DNA of 48,905 nt, taken from positions 1-48,905 of the forward strand of contig DATLSW010000273.1 of NCBI GenBank assembly GCA_035533955.1, in the 5' to 3' direction. Positions 16,851 through 26,317 of the stretch are shown here, piece by piece; position 1 is the stretch's first letter; each line of letters starts with the position of its first letter. The stretch is from Ktedonobacteraceae bacterium. Its GTDB lineage: Bacteria; Chloroflexota; Ktedonobacteria; Ktedonobacterales; Ktedonobacteraceae. The notes under the pieces are model-generated. The model was given only the letters and a program-made list of their open reading frames with translations, was not told the DNA's origin and did not search any database. A program made the translations under genes and the position numbers.

Positions 16851-17123
16851 TCACTCCTCGTGTGCCGCCTCCACATGATAGAGTAACATATCAAACGCCA
16901 CGAGGCGTATTTCGCGTTCATACGTATCCCAAAACTCTGGATCATGCCCGCGCGGTTTCACCTCTTGCTCGGCATATTCGTCACAGAGCGGGCAATCGAG
17001 CCGGTAGTAGAGCCGATCCGTCTTTTCGTCACGCCGCCCGCGCACGTTTTCTCCATGCCGCTCAACCAGGTGAGCATGGAGTTCGCGCCGCGACCCTTCG
17101 ACACTGCAATACGGACAGTGCAT
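16851..17123 (-). CDS. 90-aa putative zinc-binding protein with two CxxC...Hx4H units, unknown function
   Basis: MHCPYCSVEGSRRELHAHLVERH (C3,C6,H18,H23) and LDCPLCDEY...LLYHVEAAHEE (C44,C47,H83,H88). AGGAGG RBS. Tightly packed between emo and lbpA. Confidence 0.6.
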   Translation of the reverse strand: MHCPYCSVEGSRRELHAHLVERHGENVRGRRDEKTDRLYYRLDCPLCDEYAEQEVKPRGHDPEFWDTYEREIRLVAFDMLLYHVEAAHEE

Positions 17124-17132
17124 CGCAACCTC

Positions 17133-19316
17133 CTACGCCTCCGCTGCCGGGCTGGTAGCCGCTACAGCTTTCCGCGCCTCCAACGCCTCGTATACAAGCT
17201 CGATGATGTCTTTCACCATGATCTTGCCTTCGTTGCCCGACGTTTTCACGGCGTCTGTGTACATGGTTACATCTTTGGGACAGGCCACGACAAAGTAATC
17301 TACGTCACCCAGCGCGACTGCCTCGCGAATGCGATTCTCGCTGGGCCGTTCCGTGACGTCGCCTTCCGTCATCCAGATGCGGCCGCCGCCCGCGCCGCAG
17401 CAGAAGCTGTTCTCGCGGCAGCGCCCCATCTCGGTCACACGCAAGCCCAACGCTCCCAGGATCGTGCGCGGCGCGTCAAAGACGCGATTGTAGCGGCCCA
17501 GGTAGCAGGGATCATGATAGGTGGCATGTTTGTCGAGCGGGCTTTCAAAACGCAGTTGGCCGCTCTCTATCAGTCGGCACAGCAGCTCGGTATAATGAAT
17601 GACCTCGTAGTCGCCGCCCAGCGCGGCATACTCGTTCCGCAGAGCGTTCAGGCTGTGCGGGTCGGTCGTGACGATGGTTTTGAACGTCGCTTTGCCCAGC
17701 ATCTTGATGTTATGTTCGGCGAGCATCTGGAACAGGCCCTCTTCGCCCACGCGGCGTACATCATTGCCGGAGTTACGCTCGCCTTCATACAGAATACCGA
17801 AATCCAGGCCGGCTTCCTGAAACACCTTCGCTACCGTGCGCGTCATTTCCTGCACGCGCTGATCGTAGGACGCGAAATCGCCGACGAACCAGAGATATTC
17901 CACCGGCTCTTTCCGCGCGTCCTTGATCTTGAACGGGAGAGTTTTCGTCCACTTCGCGCGCAAGCGGTCAGAAGAGCCAAACGAATTGCCGTATTTGGAC
18001 AGATTGGTCAGAGCTTCTTGCAGCTTGGGATCCATTTCGCCTTCGTCGAGCAGGCTGCGGCGCATCTCTACGATCATCGGTACATGCTCGATGCCCACCG
18101 GACATGCTTCAACACAGGCGCGGCATGTTGTACACGCCCACAACGTCTCTGGCTTAATGACGCCGCCCGCGACTATGTTGATCTTGCCATTCGTCCCGTT
18201 ATCGCCAACGGTGAGAGGGACTGTGCGCTGTCTCAACCACGCCTTGACGCCCAACTGCTCGTCCGCGTGATCGCGCAAGTCCAGAATCAGGTCACGCGGC
18301 GAGAGCGGCGCGCCTGACGCGCGTGCCGGGCAGGCGTCGTGGCAGCGCCCGCACCTGGTGCAGGCATCCAGGTCGAGCAGGTGCTTCCAGGTGAAGTCGC
18401 GAATCTCGCGATAGCCAGGATGCGCTGGCGCGGGGTCTTCGGGGATAGGCGGCAGTTCAACACCGGCGCGTTCGTCACGAAACGAAACGTTGACGAAATC
18501 AGCAAGCATGTGTACCGCTTTGGAGAACGGCACGTAGGCCACAAAGGTCAGCGCCAGCAGCACATGCGTCCACCAGAGAATAAGCCGCCCATCCACAAGT
18601 TGCGGCGGCGTCATACCAAACCAGAGATAGACCTGCGAGACGGCGGAGCCGATGGGCGACCACACACCGTTGAGCGGGTGGTCGTGAGCAAGGCGCGTTC
18701 CTTCCAGTAAATAGCCGGTAACGCCGATGATCAGCAGCCCGCCAAGAAATATGGCGTCGCCTGTTTTGAAAATACGGCGATCATAGGTTCCAGGCGCGCG
18801 ATCCACGCGCTTGTAGTCCAATTGCGGTGGCCGTATGAACCAGCGGCGCGCGGCCATCGCCAGCAAGCCCGCGAGAAAGGCGATACCCATTATGTCGAGA
18901 ACGAGCTTGTAGCCGTCGTAAAAACCGCCGCGATAGAACTGCCAGTTCGTATTGATATTGCGTATGAGGTCATAATCGAGCGCAAGGATGACGGTTCCCA
19001 GGAAGAGGGTGATGAAGCCCCACATCAGCAAGAAGTGGAAAATTCCGGCGTAACTATCGCGTTTCTTAATGGTCGCGCTGCGCGCGATCAATTGTATGGC
19101 CCGCCCAAAACGACGGAAAAGGTGATCGAAGCGATAATCCGGCTTGCCGTGCAGGTACTTCCGCACCTTGAGAAACACGCCCAGGGCGAAGATCAGCGTG
19201 GAGATGGCGGCCAGACTATAGAACGTCACCTCCAATGCTGGTGTGAAAAACTCGAAGATTGGCCGTCCCAGTTGCACCGGGTCGCCTCCCGCTATTGACC
19301 AGAGTGTAAGCTGCAT
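17133..19316 (-). CDS. emo: membrane Fe-S oxidoreductase: NarI/DsrM-like multi-TM domain + 2x[4Fe-4S] + two CCG domains (HdrED/DsrMK-type fusion; EtfAB:quinone oxidoreductase-like)
   Basis: About 6 N-terminal TM helices with His residues (HFLLMWGF, WWTHVLLAL, KAVHMLADF). CTRCGRCHDACP and CTTCRACVEACP. CCG motif CRENSFCCGAGGG. Immediately downstream of etfBA. The symbol is assigned by context, recalling Syntrophomonas-type EMO. Confidence 0.7.
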   Translation of the reverse strand: MQLTLWSIAGGDPVQLGRPIFEFFTPALEVTFYSLAAISTLIFALGVFLKVRKYLHGKPDYRFDHLFRRFGRAIQLIARSATIKKRDSYAGIFHFLLMWGFITLFLGTVILALDYDLIRNINTNWQFYRGGFYDGYKLVLDIMGIAFLAGLLAMAARRWFIRPPQLDYKRVDRAPGTYDRRIFKTGDAIFLGGLLIIGVTGYLLEGTRLAHDHPLNGVWSPIGSAVSQVYLWFGMTPPQLVDGRLILWWTHVLLALTFVAYVPFSKAVHMLADFVNVSFRDERAGVELPPIPEDPAPAHPGYREIRDFTWKHLLDLDACTRCGRCHDACPARASGAPLSPRDLILDLRDHADEQLGVKAWLRQRTVPLTVGDNGTNGKINIVAGGVIKPETLWACTTCRACVEACPVGIEHVPMIVEMRRSLLDEGEMDPKLQEALTNLSKYGNSFGSSDRLRAKWTKTLPFKIKDARKEPVEYLWFVGDFASYDQRVQEMTRTVAKVFQEAGLDFGILYEGERNSGNDVRRVGEEGLFQMLAEHNIKMLGKATFKTIVTTDPHSLNALRNEYAALGGDYEVIHYTELLCRLIESGQLRFESPLDKHATYHDPCYLGRYNRVFDAPRTILGALGLRVTEMGRCRENSFCCGAGGGRIWMTEGDVTERPSENRIREAVALGDVDYFVVACPKDVTMYTDAVKTSGNEGKIMVKDIIELVYEALEARKAVAATSPAAEA

Positions 19317-19346
19317 TGGGACCTCTCTCTGGGTTATATGGTCTCT

Positions 19347-20330
19347 CTATTCCGAGCGCACAGCGGCAAGCCGCTCCGCCAGAGCAGGAACAATATCGAA
19401 AAGATCGCCGACGATGCCGTAATCGGCCACCTCGAAGATCGGCGCGCTGGCATCGCTATTGATGGCGATGATCAGTTCGGCGTCCTTCATGCCCTGTAGA
19501 TGTTCCGGCGCGCCGCTGATGCCCACTGCCAGGTACAGTTTCGGCTTCACCGTCAGTCCTGATTTGCCGACCTGCCGCAGTTTGGGCAGCCAACCGCTGT
19601 CGATGATCGGGCGCGAAGCTGAAAGAGCAGCGCCCAGCGCCGCGGCCAGTTCCTCCACCATCTCGATATTATCCTTGCTGCCGATACCGCGCCCGACGCT
19701 GACCAGTAGGGATTCGCGCGTGATATCCACGTCTCCCGCTTCGGGCATGCTCAATCCTTTAAAGCGCACGCGATCCGCGCCTGATACGCCGCTCGCCACT
19801 GTCTGCATCGACGCGGCTGGCACGGATGATTGTCCTTCCGCCGCTGGAAACACGCCCGCAATCACCGAGATAATGGTATGCTGGCTCTCGCTGGCTGTCT
19901 CAACGGCGATCTTGCCGCCGTACACCTGGCTGGTAGCGACTACTAGCCCATCCGCGATTTGTGCGTCGCTACAATAGGCGATGAGCGGCCAGTCCAGCGC
20001 GGCAGAGAGCGCGGCGGCGAGATCCATGCCCATCGACGTGCTGGCAATCATAGTCAGCGCGGGCTGTTCGTTCCGAAGCAGTATTCTCAGGGCCAGTTCG
20101 GCTCGTTCGGGGACGAAATGCTGTAAGGCTGGATCATCCACCACCAGCACATGATCGGCAGCGCCCAACTGCGCGGCCAATCCTTGCGCCTCGTGACCGA
20201 TCAAGACCGCGACAACGCGCCCGCCCAGCAGCGGGGCAAGCGACCGCGCCTTGCCAAGCATCTCAAACGTCACGTCGCTCAGTTTGCCCTCCAACTGCTC
20301 AGCGACGACAAAGACATCATGTTCAGCCAT
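19347..20330 (-). CDS. etfA: electron transfer flavoprotein alpha subunit
   Basis: C-terminal FAD-binding block KLYLAVGISGAPEHLQGMKDAELIIAINSDASAPIFEVADYGIVGDLFDIVPAL. Confidence 0.9.
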   Translation of the reverse strand: MAEHDVFVVAEQLEGKLSDVTFEMLGKARSLAPLLGGRVVAVLIGHEAQGLAAQLGAADHVLVVDDPALQHFVPERAELALRILLRNEQPALTMIASTSMGMDLAAALSAALDWPLIAYCSDAQIADGLVVATSQVYGGKIAVETASESQHTIISVIAGVFPAAEGQSSVPAASMQTVASGVSGADRVRFKGLSMPEAGDVDITRESLLVSVGRGIGSKDNIEMVEELAAALGAALSASRPIIDSGWLPKLRQVGKSGLTVKPKLYLAVGISGAPEHLQGMKDAELIIAINSDASAPIFEVADYGIVGDLFDIVPALAERLAAVRSE

Positions 20331-20333
20331 TGA

Positions 20334-21119
20334 TCAGGCCCTCCATATTCCGCGCTCGCGGAGAATATCTATCACTCGCTCAACAACGTCGTCGGTATCA
20401 CCTTCGAGCATTTCGGCATGCCCGCTCGATTCAGGCTTATACATGCGGCGCACGCTGATACCCGCGCCTGCTCCTACCGGCTCGGCTGCTTCGATCTCCT
20501 CAATGGTGGCGGTCTTCATGGCCTGACGCACGCGGCTGACTGGCGCGTAACGTGGCACGGCTCGCGCGGCCTGCACCCCCAATACGGCAGGCAGATCGAC
20601 CTCAAAGTTCGCCATGATGCCTCCGGCATACTCCTGATGAATAGCGGCAACACGCGCCGCCGCATCGACCTCGATGCCGCTGACCACGCTGACATGCGGC
20701 AGGCCAAGATACGTGGCGAGCAGCACACCCACCTGACCATCCAGATCATCAGCGGCCTGCACGCCCGTCAGAATCAAATCGTAGGGCATTGCGCGCATCG
20801 CGGAGGCCAGCGCGCGCGCCGCCGTGTGGTTATCGTGACTCTCCTCGAAATCGCCGATGATCTTCACGGCCTTATCGGCCCCTTTCGCGATGCAGGTGAA
20901 GAGCATCTCATCGACATCGCCGCTCGCCAGCGCCAGCACCGTTACCGTGCCGCCGTGCGCATCTTTCAGTTGCAGCGCCTCCTCAAGCGCGTTCTCGTCC
21001 CACTCATTCATCTTGTACTTGAGCCATTCCCGCTCGAGATCCGTTCCTTCGCTGTTGATCTCCAACTCCTCAACCAGGTCGGGAACCTGCTTGACGGGAA
21101 CAATGATATTGATTCCCAT
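20334..21119 (-). CDS. etfB: electron transfer flavoprotein beta subunit
   Basis: MGINIIVPVKQVPDLVEEL...WLKYKMNEWDENALEEALQLK is the typical EtfB N-terminus. Confidence 0.9.
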   Translation of the reverse strand: MGINIIVPVKQVPDLVEELEINSEGTDLEREWLKYKMNEWDENALEEALQLKDAHGGTVTVLALASGDVDEMLFTCIAKGADKAVKIIGDFEESHDNHTAARALASAMRAMPYDLILTGVQAADDLDGQVGVLLATYLGLPHVSVVSGIEVDAAARVAAIHQEYAGGIMANFEVDLPAVLGVQAARAVPRYAPVSRVRQAMKTATIEEIEAAEPVGAGAGISVRRMYKPESSGHAEMLEGDTDDVVERVIDILRERGIWRA

Positions 21120-21183
21120 ATCCTTGTATGCTCTCCTCTTTTATTACAACAGGTATATCCGCTCCACGCGGGCGCGATGCGGA

Positions 21184-22449
21184 TCAGCCGCGCATCGACT
21201 CATCGATGAGTTCGATGATGTCGCGCACGATGATTTTGCCATCGTTGCCCGTTGATTTGACAGCGTCCTCAAAGCGAGAGATCTCATAAGGGCAGCAAAC
21301 GGCCAGGACATCCGCGCCGGTACTGACCGCTTCGCGCACGCGCCGCTCTGACAGCCGTTCGGACATATGATTGCGCGAGAAACTGTCGAGCCACATGCCG
21401 CCGCCGCCGCCGCCGCAGCAATAGCCGTTCTCTTTGCAGCGCACCATCTCGGTCAGCTCGATGCCGGGGATGGCCTCTAACAGGCGGCGCGGCGCTTCGT
21501 ATTCGCCGTTGTGCCGTCCCAGGTAACAGGGGTCGTGGAACGTAACGCGATACGGCAGCCTTTTATGGAATGGAATGCGATCAATCATCGTCGCTAAAAA
21601 TTGCGTGTAGTGGAGGACGTGATAATCGCCTCCATATTTGGGATATTCCTTCTTAAAGGCGTTCAAAGCGTGCGGATCAGCCGTAAGCAGCGTGTTGAAC
21701 TGGTATTTGTTGAACATCTTGATGTTATGTTCGGTGAATGCCTCGAACAACCCCTTTTCGCCGGCGAGACGCTGCGAGTCGCAACTACACTTTTCTTCGA
21801 CGCCCAGGATGCCGTAATCGACATCAAGCGCGTGGAAGATGCGCGCGAGACCGCGCGCCGCGTCCTTGCCGCGCGGGTGATAGGCCGGGTAGCACTCCAC
21901 AAACCACAGAATATCGACCGGGCGGCGAATTTGCGCCATGATGGGAACAGGCACACCGGCATCCTTCACCCAGTCGGCGCGTTTGCGCTGGGCTTCGCCC
22001 AGGGGATTGCCGTAACGAAACGTGTTCTCGAATGCCTGCGCGAGTTCTGTCGGTGCGGTACCCTCAAGCACTGCCTGCTCGCGCACCGCGGGCATGATGT
22101 TGATCATGTTCACTTCTTTGGGACAGACGCGCAAGCAGTTCATGCAAGTAGTGCAGAGCCACAAATCCGGGCTTTCCAGGAGGTTCGTACCCGTCTGTAC
22201 CTTGCGAAATATCTTACGCGGGCTATAATCGCCAACGTGATCGACCGGGCAGACTGGCGTACATTTGCCGCACTGGTAGCACGCGCCCAACGACTCCCCG
22301 CCTGGAATGCTGGTGATCTGATCGAGTGACGAGGTGTCGTAATCCCAGATGACGCGCTGCTCGAACATACGATTCCAGTGGCCGGAAATATCGATCCCCT
22401 CGACGATAGCCACTGCTTTCTCTCGAATGCGCTCAGGTTCGACGGGCAT
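21184..22449 (-). CDS. shdrB3: fused HdrC-like (2x[4Fe-4S]) / HdrB-like (CCG domains) protein
   Basis: CYQCGKCTPVCP, CTTCMNCLRVCP, then the CCG motif CKENGYCCGGGGGGMW. The symbol follows the naming I recall for Etf-linked ('type II') shdr clusters and needs confirmation. Confidence 0.7.
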   Translation of the reverse strand: MPVEPERIREKAVAIVEGIDISGHWNRMFEQRVIWDYDTSSLDQITSIPGGESLGACYQCGKCTPVCPVDHVGDYSPRKIFRKVQTGTNLLESPDLWLCTTCMNCLRVCPKEVNMINIMPAVREQAVLEGTAPTELAQAFENTFRYGNPLGEAQRKRADWVKDAGVPVPIMAQIRRPVDILWFVECYPAYHPRGKDAARGLARIFHALDVDYGILGVEEKCSCDSQRLAGEKGLFEAFTEHNIKMFNKYQFNTLLTADPHALNAFKKEYPKYGGDYHVLHYTQFLATMIDRIPFHKRLPYRVTFHDPCYLGRHNGEYEAPRRLLEAIPGIELTEMVRCKENGYCCGGGGGGMWLDSFSRNHMSERLSERRVREAVSTGADVLAVCCPYEISRFEDAVKSTGNDGKIIVRDIIELIDESMRG

Positions 22450-22452
22450 AGG

Positions 22453-23217
22453 TTATACCTCCATGTTATAAATACCGAGTAATCGCCGGACTAGTTCTGG
22501 TAACTGTGGAATGACTTTGTTGAACTCTTTCGTCATCCGCATGCGCGTGATCGTGTACATGTAGACCGCGTAGACGCAAGCGAGGTAGACATCTGTACCG
22601 AGCAAGCCGCGCCCGCCGCGTTGAAATCCCGCTGCTTCACCGACAGAATTGACGAAGATCATCGCCTCGCCGACCTTCATATAGATCGCACCCGGCGACT
22701 CACCGTGCAAATCGTATTCCTGGATGGTCACGAGCGGCAACGAGCCGGTATTGCGCTGCGGATCCCAGATCCAGCGCGTCCACAACCAGTACCGCCCGCT
22801 GTCCCAGTAGTGCAGGCATTCGCTTGCCAGATCGCAGCACAGCGATTGATCGAGTGGTGCGAGTTGCTCGCAAAACCGGTCGAAGCGCGTCGCCAGCGGG
22901 TCCGCGTCAGGCAGCAGTTCGCCTAGCGCCGCTCGAAACGCGCCGGCATCGACGGCCGCCAGCACATCGGAGACGCGGCGGCGCGTCGAAAACACCGAGC
23001 GCAGGATCGCGCGAAACTCGTTCTCATTCAGTTCCGGCAGATGTTCCGGCGCGAGCAAACTGCGAAAACGCCGACTTTTCTCACGTAGTTCATCAACCAG
23101 CGCTGCGAGTTCCGCTTCGCTGATCTTCTCCAGCGCCTCACGCATGAATTCTTGCGCGCTGGGCGTATCCACGATTTGCCCGACCACTTCGTTATTATTT
23201 GGCGCTGGGGAAAGCAT
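22453..23217 (-). CDS. shdrH: conserved hypothetical at the sHdrH position (between hdrA-like and the next hdrB/C-like gene)
   Basis: No recognisable motif. Assignment is purely positional. GGAGG-type coupling to its neighbours. Confidence 0.45.
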   Translation of the reverse strand: MLSPAPNNNEVVGQIVDTPSAQEFMREALEKISEAELAALVDELREKSRRFRSLLAPEHLPELNENEFRAILRSVFSTRRRVSDVLAAVDAGAFRAALGELLPDADPLATRFDRFCEQLAPLDQSLCCDLASECLHYWDSGRYWLWTRWIWDPQRNTGSLPLVTIQEYDLHGESPGAIYMKVGEAMIFVNSVGEAAGFQRGGRGLLGTDVYLACVYAVYMYTITRMRMTKEFNKVIPQLPELVRRLLGIYNMEV

Positions 23218-23232
23218 GGCGATACCTCTTTG

Positions 23233-24306
23233 CTAGCTTGAAACCGCCGCGCTCTTTCGCAGCCGCCGTAGCGTGCCAACGGCCTTCATTGCGGCAGCCC
23301 CGCCCATCGAAATACTGTCTTCCAGGTCTTTCGGCCCGGCAGCCGCGCCCGCGACGAAAATACCTGCCACCGGCGTAGAGACGGTATCCATCGGCCCGCC
23401 GATAATTTCGAGGAAACCGTGCTGCTCGCGCGGCAGATTCAGCACTTTCGCGATCTCAATCGTGCCGACGCTGGGAACCATGCCGACTGAGAGAATCACC
23501 ACATCCATCGGGACTTCCATCGGGCGGCCCATCGTCGTATCCTCGCCCTTGATGACCAGCGAGTCGCCGCGCTTCACCACCTCCGTGATCATCCCTTTGA
23601 TGTAGTTCACCTTATGCTCTTCCTGGGCTTTCCAGTAGATTTGATCCTCCCAGAAGCCGTACATACGCATGTCGATGTAGAAAATGAAGACTTTCGCGTC
23701 AGGCAGTTGCTCTCTGATTTCGATGGCCTCCTTGGAGGCTATGCCGCAGCAAACCTTCGAGCAATACGTGTTACCGAGGCGACGGTCGCGCGAGCCGACA
23801 CACTGGATGAAGCAGACTCGCTTAGGCGGCAGGCCGGTTGATGGACGAACGAAGTTTTTTTCTTTCAACATCTTCTCGGCATCTACCAGCGTCAGCACAT
23901 CCTCATGCTCGTAGTAGCCATACATCTGCGTTTCGCGGCCCGGATCGAAGTGATCGAAGCCCGTTGCCACGATGATCGAGCCAATGGCGACCTTGCGCGT
24001 CTCGCCGCTCTTGTTAGCCAGCGTGATCTGGAAGTTGCCGACCTCGCCATCGCCGACCGTCACGCGCGTCTGGAGCAGAATCTCGATCAGGGGATCATCG
24101 CTGACCTCGCTGATCATGCGATTAATGGCCGTCTCGGCATCTTCCAGGTTTGGCGTGAGCGAGGCGTAGTGGGCGGCTTGCGGCGTCCCACCCAACCTAT
24201 CGCGTTTCTCCACGAGAACGACGGGCGAGCCGAGATCAGCCACGCCGCGCGCGGCATATAACCCGGCGGGGCCGCCGCCGATCACCAGAACAGTATCACC
24301 AGGCAT
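23233..24306 (-). CDS. shdrA: HdrA-like FAD- and [4Fe-4S]-binding flavoprotein (short sHdrA type)
   Basis: Dinucleotide fold VLVIGGGPAGLYAA and the HdrA cluster motif CVGSRDRRLGNTYCSKVCC. Start set at ATG 24306 (GGGAGG, 6 nt, ATG). It overlaps the shdrB1 stop by 11 nt. Confidence 0.85.
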   Translation of the reverse strand: MPGDTVLVIGGGPAGLYAARGVADLGSPVVLVEKRDRLGGTPQAAHYASLTPNLEDAETAINRMISEVSDDPLIEILLQTRVTVGDGEVGNFQITLANKSGETRKVAIGSIIVATGFDHFDPGRETQMYGYYEHEDVLTLVDAEKMLKEKNFVRPSTGLPPKRVCFIQCVGSRDRRLGNTYCSKVCCGIASKEAIEIREQLPDAKVFIFYIDMRMYGFWEDQIYWKAQEEHKVNYIKGMITEVVKRGDSLVIKGEDTTMGRPMEVPMDVVILSVGMVPSVGTIEIAKVLNLPREQHGFLEIIGGPMDTVSTPVAGIFVAGAAAGPKDLEDSISMGGAAAMKAVGTLRRLRKSAAVSS

Positions 24307-25510
24307 CAGCATCCTCCCAGGTTAAAAATTCTATATCGCCCCTGCGCAGTCGTTCGATGTCTTCCTGGAACTCGGCCCAGCGAGCTTGCCAGTCGATACC
24401 CATCTTTTCCAGCAGAGGGCGGTAATCAACACTGTGCCAGTGCAACTGGCAGATACGATAGGGATGAGCGCCCATCGCCAACGCGGCGAACTGCGCCTCG
24501 GACATCACCGGGATACCGACATTGCGCCCGTGCGCGCGCGCGGCGAACTGGCTCTTGTCCAGCGTCGTCACGCAGCCAGTATCGTGCGTGAGCGTTACAT
24601 CAGGATTGGCCTCTTCCTTCATGCGCTCGATCTTCCGCAGTGTGGCAAATGAACGGGTGAAGTCGCGCTGCACGAGAATATGGCGGAAGCCGAAACCGCA
24701 GCAGTCGAACCAGGTGGAGTAGTCGGCGACCTTCGCGCCCAATGTCTCAACAATCGCGCTGACGACGGCGGTGCGCTGTCCGTTGTACAGTTCGGGATCG
24801 TAGATGGCATCTTCGGCGACGAGCTTGTAGTAGTGGCACGCCGGATGCACCGTTACGGTAATGTTGCTCAGGTCCAGCACTTTAAGTTTGGCGATTTCAT
24901 AGCGCATGACATGCACCCACTCGCTGTAGTGGACGATCTCTTCGGGGATCACAAGCGGCTTGCCGAGTTTCGCCATGATATCGCGCACCTGTTTCCGCAA
25001 CTCAGGATGATGCACAAGCTGCTCGCGCGTCTCCTTATAATGGCCGTAGCTCGTGCCGCAATGGATCATGGGATAGTAGCCGGTCTCATACGCGGCGGCG
25101 AAATTGCGGGCGGCGACGGCGGCCTGCGCGGCGGCATTCGATGTGGCCGAGGCGTAGTAGTTCCAGGCCGTGCAGGACGTTTGATCTTTCGGGTCGTTGT
25201 ATTCCATGCCAAGCTTGCGATGCAGCCAGTAGATGGAAGTCGAATAGCCTGGAATATGGCCGCACTGCCCGCAGCTTTTATGATGCCAGGTGAACTGGCG
25301 CGGGATGCGTTTCGTGCGCCCATACTTCGTCATCACTTCCACGCAATCATCAGGTACGCGCTGCACAATCCACTCGCCCGCAGCCTCAAGCTCAAAAAGT
25401 TTCTCGCGGATATCTTCTGTCGGCGCGTTGGCTGGATCACGCTGAAAGACGCGCTGTGGGATCGTGCCGCGTGTCACGCTGGTAATTGGAACGGTAATTT
25501 CGGTTGCCAT
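24296..25510 (-). CDS. shdrB1: HdrB-like subunit with CCG domains
   Basis: WFDCCGFGFRH, HPACHYYK and IHCGTSYGH blocks. Sits in the expected position between the hdrC-like and hdrA-like genes. Confidence 0.8.
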   Translation of the reverse strand: MATEITVPITSVTRGTIPQRVFQRDPANAPTEDIREKLFELEAAGEWIVQRVPDDCVEVMTKYGRTKRIPRQFTWHHKSCGQCGHIPGYSTSIYWLHRKLGMEYNDPKDQTSCTAWNYYASATSNAAAQAAVAARNFAAAYETGYYPMIHCGTSYGHYKETREQLVHHPELRKQVRDIMAKLGKPLVIPEEIVHYSEWVHVMRYEIAKLKVLDLSNITVTVHPACHYYKLVAEDAIYDPELYNGQRTAVVSAIVETLGAKVADYSTWFDCCGFGFRHILVQRDFTRSFATLRKIERMKEEANPDVTLTHDTGCVTTLDKSQFAARAHGRNVGIPVMSEAQFAALAMGAHPYRICQLHWHSVDYRPLLEKMGIDWQARWAEFQEDIERLRRGDIEFLTWEDADAW

Positions 25511-25563
25511 AGCTCCTCCTGATCGGCATAAGCCGACGGAACGTGAATGTTGTCGTAAGGCGG

Positions 25564-26256
25564 CTAAGAGACGCTATATCCATGCTCTTCGAGGGTTTCT
25601 TCCATGACATCTTGCAAGATCATGTGCAGGCCCTCGTCTATTTCTTTGATCATGTCGAGTACGCCGGTCATGTGCCAGATCAGGTAGAGTTCGGTGATAG
25701 TCTTCTCATCGACATCCCAGGCAAGTTCGGTCGTGTGCAGGGTTTCTGGCGGGAGCGCGCGCCGCCATAGTTCAAGATTGTCCGAAACTTCGCGCACGTC
25801 CGGCCCCCAATCGGGGAATGCGTCGGGCTGCAACATATCCGGCGAAACCTGCGTCCCGGTGGACATAATCTTGTATACGACGCGGCCATACCCTTCAAGA
25901 GCCTCTTTCGCCGTGTGCAAGCCGTTTTTGACGGCAACTTCGCGCAGGATAGTAATGACGCCGCCGGGAGAGTTGCCGCGCGGGCAGCGATCGCATGAGA
26001 AGCATTGCGAGCAGTTCCAGACATCCTCGTTCATCTGATGGTAAACCAGATCGATATCCTCGCGCGCAACCGCCTGCGTAATCTTGCGCGGGCTGAAATC
26101 GTAGAACCGTGCCGAAGGGCAGGCCGCCACGCAGATGCCGCATTCATAACAGCCTTTGAGGTAGTCATGAAAGCGAATATCTTCTGTGACCTGGGTAAAG
26201 AGTCGTTCCTTTTCTTCGTAGGGAACAGCAGCGTACTTATCTACAATCTGGGCCAA
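25564..26256 (-). CDS. shdrC1: HdrC-like 2x[4Fe-4S] ferredoxin subunit
   Basis: CYECGICVAACPS and CSQCFSCDRCPRG. There is no in-frame ATG near the 5' end. I chose TTG 26256 (GGAGG, 7 nt, TTG). The track start 26376 would overlap dsrE3 by 59 nt. Confidence 0.75.
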   Translation of the reverse strand: MAQIVDKYAAVPYEEKERLFTQVTEDIRFHDYLKGCYECGICVAACPSARFYDFSPRKITQAVAREDIDLVYHQMNEDVWNCSQCFSCDRCPRGNSPGGVITILREVAVKNGLHTAKEALEGYGRVVYKIMSTGTQVSPDMLQPDAFPDWGPDVREVSDNLELWRRALPPETLHTTELAWDVDEKTITELYLIWHMTGVLDMIKEIDEGLHMILQDVMEETLEEHGYSVS

Positions 26257-26317
26257 CGGATCGCCTCCATTCGGGCCAATGTACAATTGGCTGGGAATTA
26301 AGTGTGACTCGTTCAGC

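Noticed and set aside
16944-18317. 457-aa plus-strand ORF
   Set aside because: It lies entirely antisense to the motif-rich emo gene. It is R/A/H-rich and low-complexity, as expected of a GC-rich antisense frame, and it has no motifs.
20418-22329. 263-aa and 242-aa plus-strand ORFs
   Set aside because: Antisense to etfB and shdrB3, with no motifs and arginine/histidine-rich composition.
24680-25522. 280-aa plus-strand ORF
   Set aside because: Antisense to shdrB1 (CCG-domain protein). The composition is G/R/A-rich, no domain signature is present, and it starts inside another gene.
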